A stretch of 19,254 nucleotides of DNA. Source: an uncultured Dehalococcoidia bacterium. GTDB lineage: Bacteria; Chloroflexota; Dehalococcoidia; Lucifugimonadales; UBA3495. This document shows, one piece after another, positions 10,380 to 18,781 of the stretch. Both the position numbers and the translations under genes were made by a program. The stretch's first letter is position 1. Every line of letters starts with the position of its first letter. Below the pieces are notes generated by a model, which saw nothing but the letters and a program-made list of their open reading frames with translations, was not told the origin of the DNA and did not search any database. The stretch spans positions 1 through 19,254 of the forward strand of contig CATMOE010000065.1 in the NCBI GenBank assembly GCA_950072105.1. Direction: 5' to 3'.

Positions 10380-10447
10380 CTTGGTTGAACCGGGATGCCT
10401 GACTCTAAATCCGAGGCGGCATCAGGAAAGACATCGTGTTGATTCTG

Positions 10448-10636
10448 CTAGGAACTGCGCATCTTCTCTTTAAGCGAACCCACATATCCTTCGGTTCTGT
10501 TCCGCACCTTATGGGCCCGCATGGCCACGAATCTCCGGGTCACTTTTCCGGGTTTCGGGGCCAACAAAAGACCGGCGGCGGCGCCAACGGCCGTGGCGGC
10601 GACCAAGGCAGTCATTAATACGTTGCTGCTAGACAT
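10448..10636 (-). CDS. YtxH domain-containing small membrane protein
   Basis: AVGAAAGLLLAPKPGKVTR matches the YtxH signature G...GLL.AP..G.E.R. AGGAGGAG RBS. Confidence 0.85.
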   Translation of the reverse strand: MSSSNVLMTALVAATAVGAAAGLLLAPKPGKVTRRFVAMRAHKVRNRTEGYVGSLKEKMRSS

Positions 10637-10812
10637 TTTATCTCCTCCTATGGCGTCCTGATTGTTACCCGAATGAAACGAACTAATACATTATGTACAT
10701 TACATCCGTCTGCATTACCCGGTTATTACCAGAGCCGGCCGAAAACCCACGTGGCATGATCAACATGGGGGTCATCTGCGAGAGAATGCCCGGTGTTGGC
10801 GAATCTGAAAAT

Positions 10813-11116
10813 GGCGGGTGGGGCCCGCTCGGGCCGGTGACTAACTCAGTCGCCGGAACCGCTTATACCAGTTTCACACCTACGGTTGACCGGCCAACAG
10901 GGGATCAACACCCATTCTTCTCTGGGTGTTGGCATGACGAGACCGGGATGATCTAGCCTCGATCCGTGATTGACGTTGATGCTAGCCCGGCTGCGCCGAT
11001 CGCAATCGTGACTTGTACGTCTCTCCGGGCCACGATTGCTCCGACCCTCATTGCTAGATGCCAGCGATCTTCGCGGGGCGCGGCCGTAAGGCAATTATCG
11101 AGGCTAAATCGGTCCC
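10813..11116 (+). ncRNA. Candidate structured RNA or palindromic element of unknown class
   Basis: Three hairpins at 10813-10932, then a nested multi-stem domain at 10945-11116. Most non-canonical pairs are G-U on the + strand. No known family recognised. Confidence 0.4.
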
Positions 11117-11263
11117 AATTGCGCCAAGATAAATCTCGGGGACACTTGCCGCATCATACTTAGTAAGCAGCCGATGAGAAGCGACAGGCTTGGGTCCGGA
11201 ACCAGGTCGAGAGCCCCCTCAAGAGCTACTAGCAAATAAAACAGGAGATATTTCGAAAGCACT

Positions 11264-11548
11264 ATGGCAACACTTACACTCAAAAATACTTGGAAGAATC
11301 TGACTTTGGTAGCAGCCGGAGCTTTAATGGCGACCTTGATCGCAGTACCCCTGGGAGGTATCGCCAGCGCCGATGTAGACCCAAACGATGATCTTCCTTA
11401 CATAGCTCCCATCGAAGCGCCTACCTACACCATCGAAGGTAGCAACGGGTTTAGATCCACCTTCGAGCTGGTCGAACGTGATGGGGAGATGATGCTGGTT
11501 TTGTTTACTGACGAGACTGATTTCGTCGCCCCTGAAGACGACGAATAA
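11264..11548 (+). CDS. Small secreted acidic hypothetical protein
   Basis: Signal peptide ending ASA|D and a D/E-rich mature part. AGGAG upstream (somewhat distant) and a strong hairpin downstream. Confidence 0.75.
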   Translation: MATLTLKNTWKNLTLVAAGALMATLIAVPLGGIASADVDPNDDLPYIAPIEAPTYTIEGSNGFRSTFELVERDGEMMLVLFTDETDFVAPEDDE

Positions 11549-11586
11549 TCCCGGGCAACGTCTGCGTAAGCATATTGTCCTAACTT

Positions 11587-11624
11587 CCAAAGGCTCCGGT
11601 TTAGACCGGAGCCTTTGGCTTTCT
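11587..11624 (+). terminator. Intrinsic terminator
   Basis: Perfect 14-bp inverted repeat CCAAAGGCTCCGGT-ttag-ACCGGAGCCTTTGG followed by CTTTCT. Confidence 0.85.
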
Positions 11625-11903
11625 AAAAGGTTCATAAGTTCGGTGCATCACCAGTTATCTAGCGTTCCTGAATGTGACGTGAGCGGATCATCTAAAGGGC
11701 CGCTTCTAGGACGCGATAAGACGCGACGAAGGTATCTAGGGTGGCTGATCGCGGGTTAGACTGCACTGAGATTGCGGGCATCTTTGATTGCGCCGCGGTG
11801 ACCGGCCCATTATTATTCTGGTAGGGAATCTAAGATAAAGTGTGGGGGACCGGCGTTAATCAAGATGAAGCCCACTGAAGAAAAGGATACCGGTGGCCAT
11901 CCG

Positions 11904-13613
11904 ATGACTCAGATAAGCAGGCGGGATTTTCTACGAGCCGCCGCGGCTTTGGGCCTATCAGCCGGCGCCCTGGCCATTTTTGAGACCGCCTGTACTACCG
12001 CCGAAATCCTTACCGCCACCCCCGTTCCGGCGCCACTACCCACCTCCACCCGGGCGGCTGCGATACCACCGGTAACTACGCCAACTCGGATGCCTACCGC
12101 CACGGCCCCTCCCGTGGCGACACCGGTGGCGAATGCCGTGCCCACATCGTTGCCCACGGCGACACGCCCACCTACCCCAACACTAACGCCGGTCCCGGCG
12201 GCCACGGCAACTCCGCCCCCGACTCTTACGCCCACTCCCACCGCGGCGCCGGCCCCGGCGAACCCAACGCCGGAGCCTACCCCCCGTCCACTGATTCTGG
12301 AAGACCCGCGAATGCGTATGGGCCATCTCTTACGCCGGGCCGGTTTCGGCGCTAACGAAGAGGAGATGGACCGTTTCTTGGCGATGGGTGAGGAAGCGGT
12401 GGTTGAGTATCTTATCGAGTACGAATCAGTAGATGATAATGCTCTGGAGAAGCGGCTTTCCGGCCTCGATCTGGACCTGGAGAAGTTGCGAGACCTACAG
12501 CGATGGTCCCTGCTGAGGATGATTTACACCCAACGGCCATTACAAGAGAAGATGGTTCTTTTCTGGCACGGTCTCCTGACCAGCGCCTTCAAGAAAGTTG
12601 GCAAGGGACCCTACATGCTCACCCAAGACCAGCTTTTTCGACGGCAAGCGCTGGGCGAGTACGATGTGCTCTTGAAGGCCATTTCCCGGGATTCCGCCAT
12701 GCTGATCTGGCTTGATAGCAAGGTGAACAACAAAAAGGCGCCCAACGAGAACTTTGCCCGGGAGCTGATGGAGCTGTTCAGCATGGGCATAGGACCCTAT
12801 ACCGAGGCCGACGTTCGTGAGTCAGCACGCGCCTTTACCGGATGGGGTTTGAAAAAGAAAGAATTCATATTCCGGGAGAACCAGCACGACTACGGTACCA
12901 AAACGTTCCTGGGACGCACCGGGGCGTACAGCGGCGACGACATCGTGGACATTATCATGGAGCACCCGGCCACCGCCAATTTTGTTTGCCGTAAATTGTT
13001 CACGTTTTTCGTCCATGACGAACCAGACGCAGCCACGCTGGCTTCACTGGTCTGGACCTTCAACGACACCCGCTACAGCGTGAAAGCCGTCATGAGGCGG
13101 ATCCTGACCTCTCTCGAATTCTATTCATATAAGGCTTATCGGGCCAAGATAAAAAGTCCAGCCGAGTTCGTTGCTGGGACAGTGCGCATGCTGGGCATCG
13201 AAACCGACGGTCGGCCTCTGAATTCCCTAACCGACCACATGGGGCAGATACTCTTCAGTCCATTCGACGTATCCGGCTGGCCAGGGGGCGCGGCGTGGAT
13301 CAATAGCAGCACGTTGCTCCAACGACTGAACTTCGCTAACAAGATAGCCACCGCCCGGGGCCGAAGCTTCAAGTTCGACCCATTACAAGTAGCACAAGAT
13401 CACGGCTTCAATGCCACCGCGGCGGCCGTGAATCACTTCATATCGCTCCTGTTAGATGGCCAAGCCCCGTCCCAGGACCGCCAGATACTTTTAGATTATG
13501 CCCAGGGTTTGGACGGGTTATCCGGAAGCGGCGATTCCAGCGCCACCGTGGATGAAAAACTGCGCAGCCTGGTTTATCTGGTCATGTCCTCGCCAGATTT
13601 CCAGTTGGCTTGA
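11904..13613 (+). CDS. DUF1800 family protein with Tat signal, possible lipobox and Pro/Thr stalk
   Basis: MTQISRRDFL twin-arginine motif (favours ATG 11904 over 11865) and Cys at ETAC. Family motifs HLLRRAGFG, LQEKMVLFWHG, AMLIWLD, PNENFARELMELFSMG, KIKSPAE, GWPGGAAWINS. Confidence 0.9.
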   Translation: MTQISRRDFLRAAAALGLSAGALAIFETACTTAEILTATPVPAPLPTSTRAAAIPPVTTPTRMPTATAPPVATPVANAVPTSLPTATRPPTPTLTPVPAATATPPPTLTPTPTAAPAPANPTPEPTPRPLILEDPRMRMGHLLRRAGFGANEEEMDRFLAMGEEAVVEYLIEYESVDDNALEKRLSGLDLDLEKLRDLQRWSLLRMIYTQRPLQEKMVLFWHGLLTSAFKKVGKGPYMLTQDQLFRRQALGEYDVLLKAISRDSAMLIWLDSKVNNKKAPNENFARELMELFSMGIGPYTEADVRESARAFTGWGLKKKEFIFRENQHDYGTKTFLGRTGAYSGDDIVDIIMEHPATANFVCRKLFTFFVHDEPDAATLASLVWTFNDTRYSVKAVMRRILTSLEFYSYKAYRAKIKSPAEFVAGTVRMLGIETDGRPLNSLTDHMGQILFSPFDVSGWPGGAAWINSSTLLQRLNFANKIATARGRSFKFDPLQVAQDHGFNATAAAVNHFISLLLDGQAPSQDRQILLDYAQGLDGLSGSGDSSATVDEKLRSLVYLVMSSPDFQLA

Positions 13614-13627
13614 ACGATGGAGACTCC

Positions 13628-14881
13628 ATGCTAATAACTAGACGGAATTTTCTTAAATCCAGTGTGGCCCTGGTACCGGCGTATGCCTTTCTTCCCTCCG
13701 TATTCCGCCGTGCTGTAGCGTCCTCGATCCTAGAGTCACCTACGGGATCAGCCGCTTTTCCGGACCGGACTTTGGTGGTGATTCAGATGGCTGGCGGAAA
13801 CGACGGGCTAAATACGTTGGTACCCTACTCCGACAACCGTTATTACGACCACCGGCCTAACGTGGCCATCCCAGCGGGCGACCTGCTTCACTTGAACAGC
13901 GAAGTCGGTCTTCACCCAGCGATGAGCAAGCTCAAAGAACTCTGGGACGAGGGTGTCTTGGCCATTGTGGAAGGGGTGGGTTACCAAAATCAGAGCTACT
14001 CTCATTTCGAGTCGATGCATATCTGGCAAACCGGAGGCAGAAGCGACACCCTGAACAATGGTTGGCTGGGACGATATTTCGATACGTTGGACCGGAGCCA
14101 GGACCAGGGATTTCGCGGAATGGCGGTGGGAAGGATTCTACCTCCCGAGTGCTCAACCGCTCACTCTCCCATTCCGGTGGTGGAGAGCGTGGCTTTATAT
14201 CAGCTTCAGAGCGACCCTCGCTATCCTGACGCGGCCCAGATCCGAGCGGATTCTCTCCTTAAACTCTTTTCGGCTTCGCCACGTGAGACTCCTTACGCCG
14301 TGCTTTTGGACAACACCATGGAGGCTGCTTACAAGAGCTCCCAGGCATTGCAAGACGCCGATAAAGCCTACAAATCCGCGGTTGAATACCCCAGCACGTC
14401 GCTGGGCAAGGGCCTTCGGCTTTTATCTGAGGCCATAATCGGGGATCTGGGCATCCGAGTGGGGCACGTCACCATTGGCGGATTCGACACCCACGCTAAC
14501 CAACCGAAGGATCACGACGATCTTCTGAGGACGGTGTCGGAAGCTTTACACGCCTTCTATCAAGACTTGAAGGCCCATGGTAAGGATCGCAATGTGGTGA
14601 TAATGACGTGGTCGGAATTCGGACGGCGGGTCAAGAGCAACGACAGCGAAGGCACCGACCACGGCAGCGCCGCCCCCCTCTTCATTTTGGGGACGCCGGT
14701 GGCGGGAGGATTGTACGGAGAACGTCCCGACTTGGGCTATCTTTACAACGATAACCTAAACTTCACCACCGACTTCCGCACCGTCTATGCCACCGTTCTG
14801 GACGATTGGCTCGGCGCATCATCCGAAGCAATCTTGGGGGAGAAGCGGCTGGATACTCTACCGATTCTCTCTCCCCCATAG
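13628..14881 (+). CDS. DUF1501 family protein with Tat signal
   Basis: MLITRRNFL with GGAG RBS before ATG 13628. Motifs LVVIQMAGGNDGLN, GLHP, SHF, GWLGR, GGFDTH, SEFGRR, GTDHG, DFRTVYATVL. Confidence 0.92.
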   Translation: MLITRRNFLKSSVALVPAYAFLPSVFRRAVASSILESPTGSAAFPDRTLVVIQMAGGNDGLNTLVPYSDNRYYDHRPNVAIPAGDLLHLNSEVGLHPAMSKLKELWDEGVLAIVEGVGYQNQSYSHFESMHIWQTGGRSDTLNNGWLGRYFDTLDRSQDQGFRGMAVGRILPPECSTAHSPIPVVESVALYQLQSDPRYPDAAQIRADSLLKLFSASPRETPYAVLLDNTMEAAYKSSQALQDADKAYKSAVEYPSTSLGKGLRLLSEAIIGDLGIRVGHVTIGGFDTHANQPKDHDDLLRTVSEALHAFYQDLKAHGKDRNVVIMTWSEFGRRVKSNDSEGTDHGSAAPLFILGTPVAGGLYGERPDLGYLYNDNLNFTTDFRTVYATVLDDWLGASSEAILGEKRLDTLPILSPP

Positions 14882-14936
14882 CCGGTTTTTCGATAGGTTC
14901 TTAAACGCCGTTCAGAGACTTTCCTGTTTCCTGAGG

Positions 14937-17722
14937 CTAGCCGTCATCGTCGCTACTGCCATCGTCATCCCGGTCCCGGCCCCTTCTTCGATCGCGGCCT
15001 CGGGGTTTTCTAGGCTCTCTGGCTGCTTCCTTGATGGCCTTTTGAGCATGGCGCCAGGCACTCTTATACTTTTTGATCGCATCGTCGAAATCGTTATCGG
15101 CCTGTTCCGAGTCTCTCCGGTTCAGGTCATCCTGCGCCCTGGCCAACTCCCTATCCACTTGTCTCTGCCGTTTGGGGTCTTGTACCTCCGCAGCCGCGGC
15201 GTCATCCAAAGCCGTCTGGGTTAGGACGCGGTCTGCAGCCACCAAGGCATCGATGGCGGCCTGGGAGGCACCCAATGCCTCTGCACTGACTTCGTTCCGG
15301 CGATGACGGTCATCGTCGTCAAAGTTTTCCTTGAGCAAGTGCATCAGTTGCCTGACGGCGGCCCGCTCGCGGTCGAACACCTTGTGGCCGTGCCTGGTGT
15401 CCAAGTGCAGGTCGTCATCCCACAGCCGCGGCTCAAGGCTCTTCTGGACCAAGCTGATCGCCTTTCTGATCCTGCGGGATTCCCCGGCGAATGGAGTGAG
15501 GGTATCGATAGCTCCTTCCTTGAGGTCCCTAGGGCCGGAAGGCGGCGCGGCGGATACAGTCACCGCTATGGGGGTGTGGCGTTTTGCGAGGTGACGCATG
15601 CCGGGGACGGCGTACCGCAGCCGTCCGGGTCCCCGCCGTCGGTTGCCCGTACTTGGATGGTGGCGTTGCCCTCGGCCCAGGTGTCGATGATCAGTTCGCG
15701 GGTCGGGCTGATGGTCGCGGTTGCGACCAGCGGATTGCTCGTAGTCGCGATCCAATCTATGTCAACGGGAGCGGTCTCCACGTCCGAAACTTTGTCGTCC
15801 AAGGTGGTCGATGAAGACGCACCTACAACCAGTGTGAGGCTTGAAGGTAGACCAGCCAACACCGGAGCGTCGTTAACCGGGCTGACGTCAATAGTTGCCG
15901 TGGCGGTGTTGCTGACCGTCAGCGCGGTGTCTGTAGCTTGGTAGGCGAAAGAGCCGCCGCTGCCGTTGTGGTTCAGGTCGGGAACCAGTGGCACTGGTCC
16001 GGTGACTGGACCCACGATGGGACCGCTAACCCCGGTTAGGCTAAGGGCTACGATTTCAATCGCGATGGTGTCGCCGGCATCGGGGTCAGTACAAGCCAGC
16101 GAGACCGAACCGGAAACATCCACGGTGATTGGCGCGGTCACGTCGGGGCAGACGGTGCGTCGTTCACTGGAGTGACATCAATGGCTACGGTGCCGGTGTT
16201 GCTGATGGCCGAACTGGTGTCGGTGGCCTGGTAGGTAAAAGAGCCACCGCTGCCTTCATGGTTCAAGGCCGGGTTCAGAGGCACCGGGGCGGTGACCAAG
16301 CCGGGGACGGGCCCGCTGACGCCGGTCAGGTTGAGGGCTACGATTTCGATTTCAATAGAGTCTCCGGTGTCGACGTCGGTGCAGGCCAGGGAGACCGACC
16401 CGGAAATATCCTCAGTGATTGTCGCGGTCACGTCGGGGCAGACCGGGGCGTCGTTGACCGCGGTCACGTCGATAGACGCCGTGCTGGTACCGCTGACCGC
16501 CCCGATGATGTCGGTGGCGAAGTAGGTGAAGGAACCGCCGCTGCCGTTGTAGTTCAGGTCGGGAACCAGTGGCACTGGTCCGGTGACTGGCCCCACGAGA
16601 GGACCGCTGACGCCGGTCAAGCTCAGGGCTACAATTTCGATAGCTATGGTATCGGCGGCGTCGGGGTCGCTACAGGGCAGGACCGCAAAGTCCGGGGTGT
16701 CTTCGGTCAGTGTAACGCTCAGGTCGCTACAGACTGGGGCGTCGTTTACCGCAGTCACTGAGATGGTCGCCGTGCCGGTGCCGCTTACGGCGACGCTGGT
16801 GTCGGTAGCTTGGTAAGTGAAGGAGCCGCCGCTGCCGTTGTGGTTCAGGTCTGGGTTCAGAGGCACTGGGCCAGTGACCGGACCGAGGAAGGGACCGCTG
16901 ACACCGGTCAGGCTAAGGATCAGGATCTCGATGGCGATGGTGTCGCCGATATCGGGGTCGCTACAAGGCAGCGAAACCGACCCGGAAACATCCTCCGTTA
17001 TTGTCGCGGCTATGTCCGGGCAAACCGGGGCGTCGTTGACCGCCGTTACAGCAATGTCCACGATGGCGGTGTTGCTTGGGGCCAGAGCGGCGTCTTTAGC
17101 TATGTAGGCGAAGGAGCCGCCGCTGCCGTTGTGGTTGAGGTCCGGGGTGATTGTTATGGGGCCGGATACCAAACCCAACGCAGGACCGCTCACACCAATC
17201 AAACTGAGAGAGAGTATTTCGATGTCTATCGTGTCGCCGGCGTCGGGGTCGCTGCAGGGCAGAACCGCATTGCCCGGGATGTCCTCGGTCAGGACGACGG
17301 CCAGGTCCTCGCATTCAGGGGTTGGTTGGGAATTAAGTCGAAAGGATCAATTGACGCGGAAGGAAGAAAGTCTGTTCCGGCGCCCAAACCGGCAAAGGAG
17401 AAGGGCAAGTCGCAAAATCCGGCGGGAGGATCCACGTCGAAGCAACCCTCCGACGGTTCGTTGAAGTCGGCGAACCAGTTGCCGCCGATTGGCGCCGCCA
17501 AGTTGAAGAGGTTGCCGCTGCCGAAGAAGTCATCAGCATCCAGGGCATTGGCTTCAAAATTGTTGTTGTATACCTCAGTCCCAGTCGCAATTACCAGAGT
17601 TAGACCGGCCCATGGAGGGTTGGCGTGGTTCGTGAACAGGTTTCGTGTAAGCGTGTTGCCAGTGCCGTTTTGGACAAGTAATCCCCCACCCGGAGAGTCG
17701 AACGTGTTCCCGGTGAGGTGGT
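14937..17722 (-). pseudogene. Frameshifted, 5'-truncated surface protein: NosD/CASH-like beta-helix end, six cadherin/Big_9-like domains, helical C-terminal domain
   Basis: ORF-track pieces 17289-17876, 16138-17202, 15566-16141 and 14937-15755 join into one ~930-aa frame if single bases are restored at ~17318-17321, ~16153-16155 and ~15570-15574. Confidence 0.85.
15875..17327 (-). repeat. Five tandem 291-nt (97-aa) NDAP-type Ig/cadherin-like repeats, followed by a divergent sixth
   Basis: The Asn codon of N(D/Q)(A/P)P starts at 17327, 17037, 16746, 16455, 16164 and 15874, giving spacings of 290, 291, 291, 291 and 290 nt. Confidence 0.92.
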
Positions 17723-18057
17723 CTGGGAACAGGAGTGGCTGTGGGAACAGGAGTTGCTGTAGGTGTTGGAGTGAATGTAGGTGTTGGTGTATCAGTGGGT
17801 ACTGGAGTTGAAGTTGCAACAGGAGTTGGCGATTCAGTTGGAATAGGACCCGGTGCTGGAGGTAACAAGGTTGCAATGATTTCTAGAGTAGGTGTGATAC
17901 GAATCTATTGAGTTGGTATAGCTGGAGTAATTGTATTGGTTGGAATAGGAGATGGCGTTGGGAGAGGACTGGCAACGCTATTGCAAGCTATAGCTAATAA
18001 CGTGGCACAAGCAAGGAATAGCGTTCTACCGCGTCCATTCTTAATAGCATTTGGCAT
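17723..18057 (-). pseudogene. Lipoprotein N-terminus with Pro/Thr linker, nonsense codon and 3' truncation
   Basis: ATG 18057 reads MPNAIKNGRGRTLFLACATLLAIA-C (lipobox). In-frame TAG at 17905-17907 (codon 51), after which the same frame continues P/T-rich to ~17724. Confidence 0.7.
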
Positions 18058-18211
18058 AACTCTATGTGGCTAAAATCCACCTCTCTTTGGTCTTGTGAAG
18101 CGCATACAGACCCTTTGCCTAGTTGGTAACTCTCTTTCCCTCCCCCATTTTTCTTCACCACTAATTAATATAAGTAACTAACGAGTAAATCATTTCTTGA
18201 ACACTTCGGAC

Positions 18212-18385
18212 TTAGACGTATCCTGTTCGCTTATATTTCTCCAGTCGACTCAGTAAGAATTTCACGTGTTTGTCGTCAGGGGTTTGATCCAACTTAAAGA
18301 GCACCCTGATGCGTTCACGAAGTTCTTCTGCGGTTTCTTGTCGTTCTAGGTGGTCTTCTCTGACTGGTCGGGCTTTCTTAACCAA
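18212..18385 (-). CDS. Small charged hypothetical protein, 57 aa (not in the ORF track)
   Basis: AAGGAG lies 6 nt before TTG. Translation MVKKARPVREDHLERQETAEELRERIRVLFKLDQTPDDKHVKFLLSRLEKYKRTGYV*. Confidence 0.5.
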   Translation of the reverse strand: MVKKARPVREDHLERQETAEELRERIRVLFKLDQTPDDKHVKFLLSRLEKYKRTGYV

Positions 18386-18555
18386 GTTGCACTCCTTGAG
18401 TCATTCCTAGGAGAGGGCAAACTCTGCCCTAATTTCCGTTCTTGAAAAATAGTTGTGGAATGTTTTAGATGGCTAGACATTCCTTTCTTTGGCTCTGTGA
18501 AGCTCATACAGCGGTATTGGCCTGTACCCCGGCTCTGTGCCGTGGTGGCTGCAAT

Positions 18556-18738
18556 CTAAGCAGATGAACAAACCCTTCGCCCATTATGAGAAGGTTCGTG
18601 TCGCCATGTCCCAAGCGCTTTCACATCGTCATCGCCTTCCATCCATTACTGCGCCTATCATGCTTCATCGGTTGTCACTCCGCTAACCCTTGCTGGACAC
18701 GATAGATGGTCATCTTCGGCTGTAACGTGAAAAAGCAT
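18556..18738 (-). pseudogene. Decayed DUF3303-like small protein
   Basis: GAGGAG RBS, then MLFHVTAEDDHLSCPARVSGVTTDEA**AQ*WMEGDDDVKALGTWRHEPSH with stops at codons 27, 28 and 31. Confidence 0.55.
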
Positions 18739-18781
18739 CACTGTCTCCTCTTTTTTAGATTGCTACCAATTATTTTGGCGT

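Noticed and set aside
10664..10730. SigB-like promoter (GTATTA-N13-GGGTAA) and GTAAT repeats upstream of the ytxH-like gene
   Set aside because: Weak -35 match, irregular repeat spacing (11 and 15 nt) and no cognate sigma factor in view.
10693..11163. Short ORFs 10693-10956, 10846-11094 and 10966-11163
   Set aside because: No convincing RBS or recognisable motifs, they overlap one another, and the region is better explained as structured non-coding sequence.
11108..11176. GGGACACTTG...TTAGTAAGCAGCCGA, reminiscent of a c-di-GMP-II riboswitch
   Set aside because: The GCAC/GUGC pseudoknot pairing and the GGAA/UGAUG and kink-turn elements are missing.
11161..11231. CCGATGAG followed by an AAGC/GCTT stem, reminiscent of a hammerhead ribozyme
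   Set aside because: The core reads CCGAUGA rather than CUGAUGA, and no GAAA follows stem II.
15875..17327. 291-nt repeats as a CRISPR array or a DGR template/variable pair
   Set aside because: They are contiguous protein-coding units without spacers. Differences are not adenine-specific, and no cas or reverse transcriptase gene is present.
17712..17720. GGTGAGGTG at the island junction resembles the tRNA 3' end (GGTGGAGGTG), suggesting an attR site
   Set aside because: Only 9 nt with a gap, and fully explained as the H-L-T codons of the beta-helix frame. No integrase is present.
15303..17811. Long + strand ORFs (e.g. 16810-17811, 16129-16761, 15303-15944) and similar antisense ORFs over other genes
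   Set aside because: These are shadow frames of GC-rich coding sequence and show no protein-family features.
17905..18660. In-frame stops as evidence for recoding (pyrrolysine, selenocysteine or an alternative genetic code)
   Set aside because: TGA, TAG and TAA all occur within five codons of one pseudogene, and all three serve as normal stops elsewhere in the window. Decay is the simpler explanation.
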